Positions 8,177 to 17,131 of a stretch of DNA of 64,000 nucleotides are shown in pieces (position 1 is the first letter of the stretch; every line of letters starts with the position of its first letter). Both the position numbers and the translations under genes were made by a program. Origin of the DNA: Pseudomonadota bacterium (GTDB taxonomy: Bacteria > Pseudomonadota > Gammaproteobacteria > Xanthomonadales > Xanthomonadaceae). The DNA lies in the NCBI GenBank assembly GCA_023461075.1, contig JAEWNY010000028.1, positions 40,076 through 104,075 of the forward strand, written 5' to 3'. The notes beneath the pieces were generated by a model. That model was not told the origin of the DNA, ran no database searches, and saw nothing but the letters and a program-made list of their open reading frames with translations.

Positions 8177-10657
8177 ATGTCGATCGCGATTCCCTTCCTG
8201 GCCGTCCTCATCGCCACGGGCCTTGCCGCCTACCACCGCTGGCGCCTGCCGGTCTGGGCGGCCATCACCGCCTGCCTGCTGTTGGTCGGCTGGTTGCTGG
8301 GCGCGAATGTGACCGCGACACTGGTGGTGGCGATCCTCTGCGCGATCATCGCCATCCCGCTGCTGATTCCGGGCCTGCGCAAGGCCGCGATCACCGCGCC
8401 GCTGCTGAAGTTCTACACGAAGATCCTGCCGCCGCTCTCGGACACCGAGCGCACCGCCCTGGAATCCGGCACGGTCGGCTTCGAGGGCGAACTGTTCTCG
8501 GGCATGCCAGATTGGGAACAGTTGCTGGCCCAGCCCAAGCCGGTGCTGACGGCAGAAGAGCAGGCGTACCTCGACGGTCCGACCGAGCAGCTCTGCCGGA
8601 TGACCGACAACTGGGAGATCGACCACGTCCGCGCCGACCTGCCGCCGGAGATGTGGGACTACATGAAGTCGCAGAAGTTCTTTGGCCTCAACATCCCCAA
8701 GGAGTACGGCGGCCTCGGTTTCTCGGCCCTGATGAACCACAAGGTGATCCAGAAGCTCGCCTCGATCAGCTCGGTGGTGAGCTCGACCGTGGGCGTGCCG
8801 AATTCTCTCGGCCCGGCCGAGTTGCTGATGCACTACGGCACCGAGGAGCAGAAGCGCCACTACCTGCCGCGCCTGGCCGATGGCCGCGAGGTGCCCTGTT
8901 TCGCGCTGACCGGTCCGTTTGCCGGTTCGGATGCGACCTCGATCCCCGACTACGGCATCGTGACGATGGGCGAGTGGAACGGCGCGCAGGTGCTGGGCAT
9001 CCGCATGACGCTCAACAAGCGTTACATCACCCTCGCCCCGGTCGCGACGCTCATCGGCGTCGCCTTCCGCATGTACGACCCGGACGGCTTGCTGGGCGAC
9101 AAGGAGGACATCGGCATCTCGCTGGCGCTGGTGCCGCGCGACACGCCGGGCCTCGAGATCGGGCGTCGCCACTTCCCGCTCAATTCGCCTTTCCAGAACG
9201 GCCCGATCCGCGGCCGCGACGTCTTCGTGCCGCTCTCGCAGCTGATCGGTGGCGAGGACTACGCCGGCCAAGGCTGGCGGATGCTGATGGAATGCCTGTC
9301 GATCGGCCGCAGCATCACCCTGCCCTCCACCGCCAGCGGCGGTTCCAAGATGGGCGCGGTCACCGTCGGCAGCTATGCGCGCATCCGCAAGCAGTTCGGG
9401 CTGTCGATCGGCCGCTTCGAGGGCGTGGAGGAAGCGCTGGCGCGGATCGGCGGCCATGCCTACGCGGTGAGCGCGCTGTCGCAGGCGACCGCGGCGGCCG
9501 TGGCGCGTGGCGAAAACCCGGCCGTGCCCTCGACCATCTCCAAGTACCACTGCACGGAGATGGGCAGGATGGTCGCCAAGGACGTGATGGACATCGTCGG
9601 CGGCAAGGGCATCATCCTCGGCCCGCGCAACTTCGCCGGACGTGCGTGGCAGGCGTCGCCGATCGCGATCACGGTCGAGGGCGCCAACATCATGACCCGC
9701 TCGCTGATGATTTTCGGCCAGGGCGCCATCCTCTGCCATCCGTGGGTGATGAAGGAAATGAAGGCGGTGCAGATCGCCGATCCGAACGAGCGCCTCGACG
9801 CGTTCGACGGCGCGCTGTTCGGCCATATTGGTTATGCGATCTCCAACGCCGTCCGCAGCTTCTGGTTCGCGATCACCGGCGCGCGCTTCGGCAAGACACC
9901 GGGCGACGATTACATCCGTCGTTATTTCCGCAAGTTGAACCGCTATTCGGCCAACCTCGCCTTGATGGCCGATACCTCGATGCTGCTGCTCGGCGGCAAG
10001 CTGAAGTTCAAGGAATCGCTGTCGGGCCGCCTCGGTGACGTGCTCAGCCAGCTCTACATCATCAGTTCGATGTTGAAGCGTTACGAGGACGAGGGCCGCC
10101 AGGCCAGCGACCAGCCGTTGCTGGCGTGGGCGGTGCACGACGCGGTGAACAAGATCGAGACCGCGCTGTCCACCGCGCTGCGCAACTTTCCGGTGCGGCC
10201 GGTGGCATGGCTCCTGTGGCCAATCATCTTCCCGCTCGGCCGTCGTGCGCAGGCGCCGAGCGATCGCCTCGGCCACAAGGTCGCCTCGATCCTGATGACC
10301 CCGAACGATGCGCGTGACCGCCTGGCCGAGGGCGTGTTCACCACCCCGACCGAACTCAATCCCGGCGGGCGCATCATCAGCTACCTGCCGAAGTTCGTGC
10401 TGGCCGAGCCGGTGGAGCGCAAGTTCCAGAAGGCGCTGAAGAACAGCGACATCGAGGCACTGGAGTTCGACGACCAGCTGGCCGAAGGCGTCAAGGAAGG
10501 CTGGATCACCGACGAGGAGGCCGCACAGCTCAAGGAACTGCGCGTGCTGACCCTCGACACCATCACGGTCGACGACTTCGATCCGGAGGAACTGCGTTCG
10601 GCGGGGTACGCAGCACTCATCTCTGCCGAAGGCGAATCGCCTCGCGCGGTCGCCTGA
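8177..10657 (+). CDS. fadE: Acyl-CoA dehydrogenase FadE
   Basis: AGGAG RBS; N-terminal membrane helices; motifs VPNSLGPAELL, CFALTGPFAGSDA, RKQFGLSIGRFEGV, ITVEGANIMTR; about 826 aa, typical FadE length. Confidence 0.93.
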   Translation: MSIAIPFLAVLIATGLAAYHRWRLPVWAAITACLLLVGWLLGANVTATLVVAILCAIIAIPLLIPGLRKAAITAPLLKFYTKILPPLSDTERTALESGTVGFEGELFSGMPDWEQLLAQPKPVLTAEEQAYLDGPTEQLCRMTDNWEIDHVRADLPPEMWDYMKSQKFFGLNIPKEYGGLGFSALMNHKVIQKLASISSVVSSTVGVPNSLGPAELLMHYGTEEQKRHYLPRLADGREVPCFALTGPFAGSDATSIPDYGIVTMGEWNGAQVLGIRMTLNKRYITLAPVATLIGVAFRMYDPDGLLGDKEDIGISLALVPRDTPGLEIGRRHFPLNSPFQNGPIRGRDVFVPLSQLIGGEDYAGQGWRMLMECLSIGRSITLPSTASGGSKMGAVTVGSYARIRKQFGLSIGRFEGVEEALARIGGHAYAVSALSQATAAAVARGENPAVPSTISKYHCTEMGRMVAKDVMDIVGGKGIILGPRNFAGRAWQASPIAITVEGANIMTRSLMIFGQGAILCHPWVMKEMKAVQIADPNERLDAFDGALFGHIGYAISNAVRSFWFAITGARFGKTPGDDYIRRYFRKLNRYSANLALMADTSMLLLGGKLKFKESLSGRLGDVLSQLYIISSMLKRYEDEGRQASDQPLLAWAVHDAVNKIETALSTALRNFPVRPVAWLLWPIIFPLGRRAQAPSDRLGHKVASILMTPNDARDRLAEGVFTTPTELNPGGRIISYLPKFVLAEPVERKFQKALKNSDIEALEFDDQLAEGVKEGWITDEEAAQLKELRVLTLDTITVDDFDPEELRSAGYAALISAEGESPRAVA

Positions 10658-10669
10658 TCGATGGAAGCA

Positions 10670-10698
10670 GACCCCCGCCGCCGCGGGGGTTTCCATTT
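10670..10698 (+). terminator. Hairpin or weak terminator after fadE
   Basis: ACCCCCGC-CGCC-GCGGGGGT then TTCCATTT. Confidence 0.55.
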
Positions 10699-10712
10699 CT
10701 GGAGGATCCTTG

Positions 10713-11189
10713 ATGGACAGCCTGGAGATGTGGCGCAAACTCTCGGCGCGCCCCGCGGGCAGGTGGCTCTTCTCGCGGCTGGTGTGCCTTAAGGCGCCCT
10801 ACTTCGCCAGCATCGCGCCGCGCCTGCTCACGCTGGAGCCCGGCCTGGGCGTCGCGCGCATCCATCATCGCCGGCGCGTGCACAACCACATCGGCAGCGT
10901 GCACGCGATCGCGCTGTGCAATCTGGCCGAATTCGTCGGCGGGCTGACCTGTGATGTCACCATTCCGCGTGACATGCGCTGGATCCCGAAGAGCATGCAG
11001 GTCGAATACCTGGCGAAGGCGATCGGCCCGATGACGGCGACCGCGCGGCCCTTGGCCGAGGCTCGCATGGCGACTGGAGGTTACGCGCTGCCGTTCGAGG
11101 TGGTGATCGTGAACGCCACAGGCGAAACGGTATTCCGCGCGGTCATCGACATGTGGATCTCACCCAAACAAGGGAGGAAGCCGAGATGA
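10713..11189 (+). CDS. Hotdog-fold thioesterase-like protein (DUF4442/PaaI-like)
   Basis: GGAGG RBS; APYFASIAP, NHIGSVHAIALCNLAE, WIPKSMQVEYLAKA. Confidence 0.85.
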   Translation: MDSLEMWRKLSARPAGRWLFSRLVCLKAPYFASIAPRLLTLEPGLGVARIHHRRRVHNHIGSVHAIALCNLAEFVGGLTCDVTIPRDMRWIPKSMQVEYLAKAIGPMTATARPLAEARMATGGYALPFEVVIVNATGETVFRAVIDMWISPKQGRKPR

Positions 11190-11584
11190 ACGCCACGCTC
11201 TCCTGGTTGCTGCCGCTGTGCGCGATCCATAGCCTCGGTTTCGCGCTGTTCCACGTCGCTTTCTGGAAGCTGTTCGACTGGCCGCGTTCGTTGCAGTCCA
11301 CCACGGTGACCAACCGCGCGATCATCCAGATCCTCAACCTGCGACTGATCTGGGTCCTGCTGTGCATCACCGCGGCACTGGCCCTGCTGCCGGGAGAGAT
11401 CATCGGCACGCGGCTCGGGCGCAGCCTGCTGGCGGCGATGTCGCTGTTCTGGGTCGGCCGCACGATCGAGCAGTTCATCTTCCTGCGCATCAACGACCGC
11501 CGGGTGCATGCGCTGACGGCGCTGTTCGCGCTCGGCGCGGCGTTATTCGGCTGGGCGTGGCTCGCTGCGCAGGGTCAGCCGTGA
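11186..11584 (+). CDS. Small 4-TM hypothetical membrane protein
   Basis: ATGA overlap with upstream stop, GGAGG RBS, four hydrophobic segments (FHVAFWKLFDW, FWVGRTIEQFIF). Confidence 0.75.
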   Translation: MNATLSWLLPLCAIHSLGFALFHVAFWKLFDWPRSLQSTTVTNRAIIQILNLRLIWVLLCITAALALLPGEIIGTRLGRSLLAAMSLFWVGRTIEQFIFLRINDRRVHALTALFALGAALFGWAWLAAQGQP

Positions 11585-12421
11585 GATTTCCGGCGTGACG
11601 CCGATCCGGATCGGCATAATGCTGGTGCCGATACCGGGCGTGACGAACAACAGGCGCCCGCCGTCGCGCACCTGCCCGCGCAGCCAGTGCGAGGTCGGGG
11701 CATAGGTCTCGGTTCGCCAGGGCGACGAAAACGGATTGATCTGGCCGCCATGGGTATGCCCGCTGATCGTCAATGCCGTTCGCGCCGGAATGCGGGCGAA
11801 GGTCGCCGGCTCGTGCGCCAGCGCGATGACCGCAGCATCCTCGGGAATTTCCGCGTAGGCCCGGGTGATGTCCGGGCTGCCTTCCAGCTCGTCGCCGATG
11901 CCGGCGAAGTGGAAGCGGCAACCCTCCACCTCCACACTCGCCGAAGTGTTGTCGATCATCTCGATGCCCGCCGCTTCGAAGGCGCGGCTCACCGCCTCGC
12001 CGCCCTTCCACCAGTCATGGTTGCCGAGCACGCCATACACGCGCTTTTTCGACGTGAGCGGCTTGAGGTGCGGCGCCATCTCATCGCCCGAGACGTAGCC
12101 GCCGAATAGGACCTTGAAGATGACGTAATCGCCGAGCAGGACCACGACATCCGAGTCGCTGGCTGCAAGCCGCGCGACCACGCGGTCGAGATTGTCGAGG
12201 CCATTGCCGAAGGAGCCGGTGTGGATGTCGGAGATCGCATCGATGCGCAGGCCATCGCACTCGCGCGGCCAATGCGGCAATTCAAGCGCGTGGTCGCGCT
12301 CGATGAGTTGTCTCGGCTCGATGAGCATGCCGTAGGCGAGAAGTATCAGGCCGCAGGCGATGGCCAGCGCAGCCAGCCGGAGCAACCAGCGCGGCGGCCG
12401 CAGCTTCAACCTGCGCACCAT
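11543..12421 (-). CDS. Membrane-anchored metallophosphoesterase (YkuE/YaeI-like)
   Basis: ISDIH, LLGDY, GNHD, LAHEP, SGHTHGGQ motifs; GGAG RBS before ATG 12421. Confidence 0.9.
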   Translation of the reverse strand: MVRRLKLRPPRWLLRLAALAIACGLILLAYGMLIEPRQLIERDHALELPHWPRECDGLRIDAISDIHTGSFGNGLDNLDRVVARLAASDSDVVVLLGDYVIFKVLFGGYVSGDEMAPHLKPLTSKKRVYGVLGNHDWWKGGEAVSRAFEAAGIEMIDNTSASVEVEGCRFHFAGIGDELEGSPDITRAYAEIPEDAAVIALAHEPATFARIPARTALTISGHTHGGQINPFSSPWRTETYAPTSHWLRGQVRDGGRLLFVTPGIGTSIMPIRIGVTPEISRLTLRSEPRPAE

Positions 12422-12440
12422 TGACTCCGCGCGCAAAGCG

Positions 12441-13772
12441 TCACGCGGCACTATCCCGCGGCAGCCTGCGCTCCTGCTTCACCACCTGCCACGCGGACAG
12501 CAGCATCATCGCCGCCACCCCGATACCGGCCGCGAATACCGCGCGCGAACCGAACGCGGCCATGAACTTGTGCACCCAGACGAAGGTGACGTCGCCACCT
12601 CGATAGATCACCGTGTCGATCGCCGCGCCGGCCTTGTAACGCCATTCGCGCGGCACGCGGGTGTAGATGGTCTCGCGCGCCGGCTTGGCCACCGAGAACT
12701 CGCTGGAGCGCGTCACCACCTGCACCATCGCCACCAGCAGCGGCAGCGGGTTGGCGGCCAGCAGGGCGTAGCCGAACAGGATCGCCGCGCCGGGGATCAA
12801 CAGCGCCGGGGCGATGCCGAAGCGAGACAGCAGCCAGCGCGTGACCAGCAACTGCACGAGGAGGGTGAGCGTATTCACCGCGATGTCGATCATCGAGTAA
12901 TACGCGGTCGCCTTCTCCGCATCCGGATAGAACTGGCGCACGATCGCCGCCTGCTCGTTGTACAGCAGCGTGCCGACGCCGACCCCGAACACCATCAGCA
13001 TCGCCAGCCAGCGCAGCAAAGGCTCACGCACGATGAGTTGCAGGCCGGCCAGCACGCCGCCGCCCATCGGCTTTTCGCCGCTTTCGCGCTTGCGCTCGGC
13101 TTCGCGCAGCACCGCCCAGCGGCGCAGCTTGAGGATGCAGGCCAGACAGGCCAGCAGGAAGCCGATCGAGATCAGCATCAGGTTGGCGATGCCGACGCGC
13201 TCCACCAGCAGGCGCGTCAGCATCGGGCCGATGAACGCACCGACCGTGCCGGCGGCACCGATGTAGCCGTAGACCGCCTTGGCCTCGGCGTTGTCGAAGA
13301 CATCGGCCATGAAGCTCCAGAACACCGCCACCGCGAACAGATTGAACACCGCGATCCAGAGGAAGAACGCCATCCCGCGGCCGGGCATCCCCAGCTTGAA
13401 CGCGAGAAAGAACATCAAGAGGGTGGCGATGAAGAAGCCATACACCACCGGCAGGAACACGCGGCGCGGATATCGGCTGACCAGCGCGCCGTAAATCGGC
13501 TGCAGCAGCAGCATGATCAGGAAGGTGCAGGTGAACAGCACCTGCAGCACCAGGTCCTTGAGCGCGACGCCGCGCGCGGCGAACCATTCGATCATCGCCG
13601 GCGGGAAGATCGCCTCGACGTCGGTCGACGCGCCCATCGCCTCGCGCACCGGACGCAGCACGTAGTAGCCGCACAGGAGGCAGAAGAAATAGACCATCGC
13701 CCACCACAGCGGCGGCGATGCGGCAAGGCGCGTGCGGAGTCTGGCCCAGATGGAAGGAGGCGATGCCTTCAC
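12441..13772 (-). CDS. MFS transporter, ATP/ADP (NTP/NDP) translocase-like family
   Basis: About 12 TM; YYVLRPVREAM, FWSFMADVF, KPARETIYT, YKAGAAIDTVIYRGGD; GTG start at 13772 is uncertain. Confidence 0.8.
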   Translation of the reverse strand: MKASPPSIWARLRTRLAASPPLWWAMVYFFCLLCGYYVLRPVREAMGASTDVEAIFPPAMIEWFAARGVALKDLVLQVLFTCTFLIMLLLQPIYGALVSRYPRRVFLPVVYGFFIATLLMFFLAFKLGMPGRGMAFFLWIAVFNLFAVAVFWSFMADVFDNAEAKAVYGYIGAAGTVGAFIGPMLTRLLVERVGIANLMLISIGFLLACLACILKLRRWAVLREAERKRESGEKPMGGGVLAGLQLIVREPLLRWLAMLMVFGVGVGTLLYNEQAAIVRQFYPDAEKATAYYSMIDIAVNTLTLLVQLLVTRWLLSRFGIAPALLIPGAAILFGYALLAANPLPLLVAMVQVVTRSSEFSVAKPARETIYTRVPREWRYKAGAAIDTVIYRGGDVTFVWVHKFMAAFGSRAVFAAGIGVAAMMLLSAWQVVKQERRLPRDSAA

Positions 13773-14036
13773 GAAGTCGATCCGGTTCCAGTCCTGCGGG
13801 CAGGTCGCCCGTCCAGCCGGCACGTTAGCCGATGCGCACCCGCGCGGCCAGCCACCCGTAGGTGCCGGCCACCATGACGATGGCCCTTGGACACCGATCG
13901 CTGCGGTTCGACTCGCGCTTCAGGAAATTGAACAAACAAATCAACCATTTGCCGTGATTATCTCTCCCTGTTCATGCATAGCCTGCACAAGCGCTCTACT
14001 ATCCCCACTGGATCAGGAATCGACCGAGGGGATGCC

Positions 14037-15410
14037 ATGCGTGTTCGTCACCGCAAAGCATTGATCGCCGCCGCCATCGCCCTGCTGCTGCCGATGACCG
14101 CCGGCACGTCCGCGCAGACGGTGTGGCCCACCAACCAGGGCCAATCCCCCGCCGTCGAGGCGACCCGCCCGGGCAGTTCGTCGCTGGACAATTACCTCCA
14201 GCAACACACGTATCCCCAGCCCGCCGTGGCCGCGCCGTTGCCGTTCGATGTCCGTAATTTCGAAGGCATGGCCCAGCAACTGGTCAGCAACCAGAAGGTG
14301 CCGGGGCTGGCGGTGGCCATCGTGCAGAACGGCCGGGTGCTGAGCGCGCGCGGTTACGGCATCACCGACACCACGCGTCCGGAACCGGTCGACAACCACA
14401 CCGTGTTCCGCCTCGCCTCGCTGTCCAAGTCCTTCGCCGGCACTTTGACCGGCATGCTGGTCAATGACGGCGTGTTGTCCTGGAACCAGCCGGTGGTCCG
14501 GTACGTGCCCGGTTTCCGCCTCAGCAATTCCGATTACACCTCGCGGCTGACCCTCACCAACATCCTCAGCCAATCGACCGGGCTGACCCGCAATGCCTTC
14601 GACCGCGACATCGAAGCGAACGCCAGCTATCACGATGTGCGCACCAAGCTTTCCGGGGCGCCGTTGCGCTGTGGCCCAGGCGAGTGCTACTCCTACCAGA
14701 ACGTCGCCTTCAGCGTGATCGGCGACGTGGTGCATGCCGCAACCGGCCGCTACTACGACGACAACGTGCAATCGCGCATCTTCAAGCCGCTGGGCATGAA
14801 CGATGCCAGCCTGGGCCTTGAAGGCATCGAAGGCAGCCCGCGCTGGGCCAAACCGCACGTGCGCGGCGGCGGCGGCTGGCGCTCGCTGCGCCCGAAGCCC
14901 ACCTATTACCGCTTGGGTCCTGCGGCCGGCGTCAATGCCAGCATCACCGACATGGCGCAGTACCTGATCGCGCAAACCGGACATCGCCCGGACGTGCTGG
15001 CGCCGTCGCTGCTGCAGGACATCCATACCGCCCGCATCGACACCCCGACCGAGTTGCGCAGTTCCAGCTGGCGTCGCCAGCGGCTGCAGTCGGCCGGCTA
15101 CGGCATGGGCTGGCGCGTCTACAACTACTCGGGACACAAGCTGTTCTTCCACGGCGGCGCGGTGCAGGGATATCGCGGGGCGATGGCGCTGCTGCCCGAC
15201 CGTGACCTTGGCGTGGTCATCCTCTGGAACAGCGAAAGCAGCCTGCCGTCCGGCTTGCTGCCGACCATCCTCGACAGCGCGATCGGCCTGCCGCAGGTGG
15301 CCTGGCTGAAGTTGGATGCGCCCGCCGGCAGCACGCCGCCGGCAGGCGTGGACGAAGAGGTCGAAGGCATCGGCAGCTCGTCCGGTGATGGCGCATCGCC
15401 TCCGCGCTGA
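14037..15410 (+). CDS. Secreted serine hydrolase, beta-lactamase class C/AmpC-like family
   Basis: Signal peptide; FRLASLSKS (SxxK), YSYQN (YxN), HGG triad. Confidence 0.88.
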   Translation: MRVRHRKALIAAAIALLLPMTAGTSAQTVWPTNQGQSPAVEATRPGSSSLDNYLQQHTYPQPAVAAPLPFDVRNFEGMAQQLVSNQKVPGLAVAIVQNGRVLSARGYGITDTTRPEPVDNHTVFRLASLSKSFAGTLTGMLVNDGVLSWNQPVVRYVPGFRLSNSDYTSRLTLTNILSQSTGLTRNAFDRDIEANASYHDVRTKLSGAPLRCGPGECYSYQNVAFSVIGDVVHAATGRYYDDNVQSRIFKPLGMNDASLGLEGIEGSPRWAKPHVRGGGGWRSLRPKPTYYRLGPAAGVNASITDMAQYLIAQTGHRPDVLAPSLLQDIHTARIDTPTELRSSSWRRQRLQSAGYGMGWRVYNYSGHKLFFHGGAVQGYRGAMALLPDRDLGVVILWNSESSLPSGLLPTILDSAIGLPQVAWLKLDAPAGSTPPAGVDEEVEGIGSSSGDGASPPR

Positions 15411-15438
15411 TCGCCGCTCGCCGTGATCGACCCATAAG

Positions 15439-15465
15439 AAAACCCGCGCCTGGCGCGGGTTTTTT
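15439..15465. terminator. Bidirectional intrinsic terminator
   Basis: AAAACCCGCGCC-T-GGCGCGGGTTTTTT between convergent genes. Confidence 0.85.
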
Positions 15466-15541
15466 GGTATCCGAATGACCGGAACCCAAGAGATCCGGCC
15501 GCCTTCGCCTGGGCGCGAAGGACAGCAGGACAAGCCTTCGA

Positions 15542-15850
15542 TCAGATCGTCGGCATCGGCATCGGCGGCATGGCAGCCGGGGCTTTTTTCGCTTTCTTCG
15601 CAGCCGGACGCTTGGCGGCCTTCTTGGCCACCTTCTTCGCGGCTTTCTTGGCAGGACGCTTGGCGGTCTTCTTGGTCGCCTTCTTGGCGGTCTTCTTCAC
15701 TGCCTTCTTCGCGGTCTTCTTGGCGGCCGGCCGCTTCTTGGCAACCTTCTTCGCTGCCTTCTTCGGGGCGGCCTTCTTGGCAGCCTTCTTCACGGTTTTC
15801 TTCGCCGCCTTCTTGGCGGTGCTCTTCTTTGCTGCTTTCTTCATCGCCAT
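15542..15850 (-). CDS. Histone H1-like Lys/Ala-rich nucleoid-associated protein
   Basis: AAGGAG RBS; MAMKKAAKKSTAKKAAKKTVKK repeats of (K)KxAK; Pro/Met tail MPPMPMPTI. Confidence 0.85.
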   Translation of the reverse strand: MAMKKAAKKSTAKKAAKKTVKKAAKKAAPKKAAKKVAKKRPAAKKTAKKAVKKTAKKATKKTAKRPAKKAAKKVAKKAAKRPAAKKAKKAPAAMPPMPMPTI

Positions 15851-16153
15851 GGTATGGCTCCTTGTCATTGGGACTCTTGCTTACAGCTGCCCAGGTGTAC
15901 GCGTCACGGGAGTCGGACCCGGGACGGACCGGCCGCGCGCTGCGCGCGAGGCGGCGGTGACGATGCGTCGATGCGACGCGGATACAAAGAACCCGCAGCC
16001 ACCGGCGGCGCGGGTCGGGTCTTGCCGGGTTGGACGGAAGCGACGAGGCCGCGAACCTCCGCCTTGTTCGGCGGCGGCATCGGCGCGGGGCGCCGCGTGC
16101 ACGTTGTTCGCGATGGCCTGGGACAATTCCGTTCAGCCTTGTTGTTTTCGCGA

Positions 16154-16182
16154 AACCTAAACACGCTTTTTTTCAGTGTCAA
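16154..16182 (-). promoter_or_regulatory. Near-consensus sigma70 promoter facing the histone-like gene
   Basis: Minus strand TTGACA (16182-16177), 17-bp spacer, TAGGTT (16159-16154). Confidence 0.75.
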
Positions 16183-16523
16183 CACCTTGTCGCGATTTTT
16201 CTTCGCATCAGATCCCGATCGAGTCGGCTAACCGCCACGCGTCATCATCGCTAACGGGTGTCGTGATGCAGCCGGCCGGCACGCACCGATGACTGCGCAT
16301 CGAACAATAGGCTTCAAAACCAGTGGTTTTTGATCTACGCGATCAATGCCGGGCGTTTTCCGCTTCGATCGCACGCGGGCGCCGCGTTCTTCGCGGCGAC
16401 GGCGTTGTGTGCCGCATCGACCGCTAAATTTTTTTCGCTTCCCACGCCGTTTTTCGGCAACGCAAACATGATTTGCGCGAAAAATTTTCCGCCCGCGGCG
16501 TTGAGCGCGTCGCCTTCGACAAC

Positions 16524-16549
16524 GAAAACGGCCACCCGAAGGTGGCCGT
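16524..16549 (-). terminator. Terminator of gcvT-gcvH
   Basis: Minus strand ACGGCCACC-TTCG-GGTGGCCGT then TTTC. Confidence 0.8.
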
Positions 16550-16573
16550 CCAGGAGCATCGCGATGCTGCAGC

Positions 16574-16972
16574 TCAGTGCTCGTCTTCTTCCATCACCGC
16601 TGCGTAGTCGTCGGCCGCAAGCAGTTCGTTGGCCTGCTCCCGCTCGCTCATCTCGACCACGAACAGCCAGCCATCGCCGAACGCATCTTCATTGATCGTC
16701 TCCGGCTTGTCGGCGAGTGCTTCATTGACCTCGACCACCTTTCCGCTGACCGGCGAGTACACGTCCGATGCGGCCTTGACCGACTCCACTACTGCGCAGG
16801 CGTTGCCGGCCTGCACCTCGTCGCCGACCGCCGGCAATTCCACGTACACCAGGTCGCCCAGCAGGCCCTGCGCATGGTCGGAGATGCCGATGGTGGCGCG
16901 GCCGCCGTCTTCGATGCGGACCCATTCGTGGGACTTGAGGAACTTGAGATCGCCGGGGATTTCGCTGCTCAT
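16574..16972 (-). CDS. gcvH: Glycine cleavage system H protein
   Basis: [23 protein letters not shown], lipoyl motif [13 protein letters not shown]. Confidence 0.97.
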   Translation of the reverse strand: MSSEIPGDLKFLKSHEWVRIEDGGRATIGISDHAQGLLGDLVYVELPAVGDEVQAGNACAVVESVKAASDVYSPVSGKVVEVNEALADKPETINEDAFGDGWLFVVEMSEREQANELLAADDYAAVMEEDEH

Positions 16973-17131
16973 CGTGGGGCTCCAAAGGATCGAAAGGGAT
17001 GGACCTAAGTCTAGCCGAACAGATTTCGCTCAGATGCCGTCCCGCTACGTGCCAGGCTCGGCATCCTGTCTCGCCGGGAACCCACCCCTCGCTCCTGCTC
17101 GGGCGAAGATTCTCGTACCGAGTGACATCGA

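Noticed and set aside
8132..10738. Very long antisense ORFs (868 aa opposite fadE; also opposite pckG, ahcY, metK, the S9 peptidase and the RND gene)
   Set aside because: Expected shadow ORFs of GC3-biased genes; no RBS or recognisable domains
14037..15410. Acquired antibiotic-resistance beta-lactamase
   Set aside because: HGG instead of KTG, chromosomal context and no mobile element or ampR; more likely a generic serine hydrolase
15560..15845. Repetitive CTTCTTGGC-like DNA as a CRISPR or satellite
   Set aside because: Fully explained by Lys/Ala codons of the histone-like protein; no repeat-spacer structure
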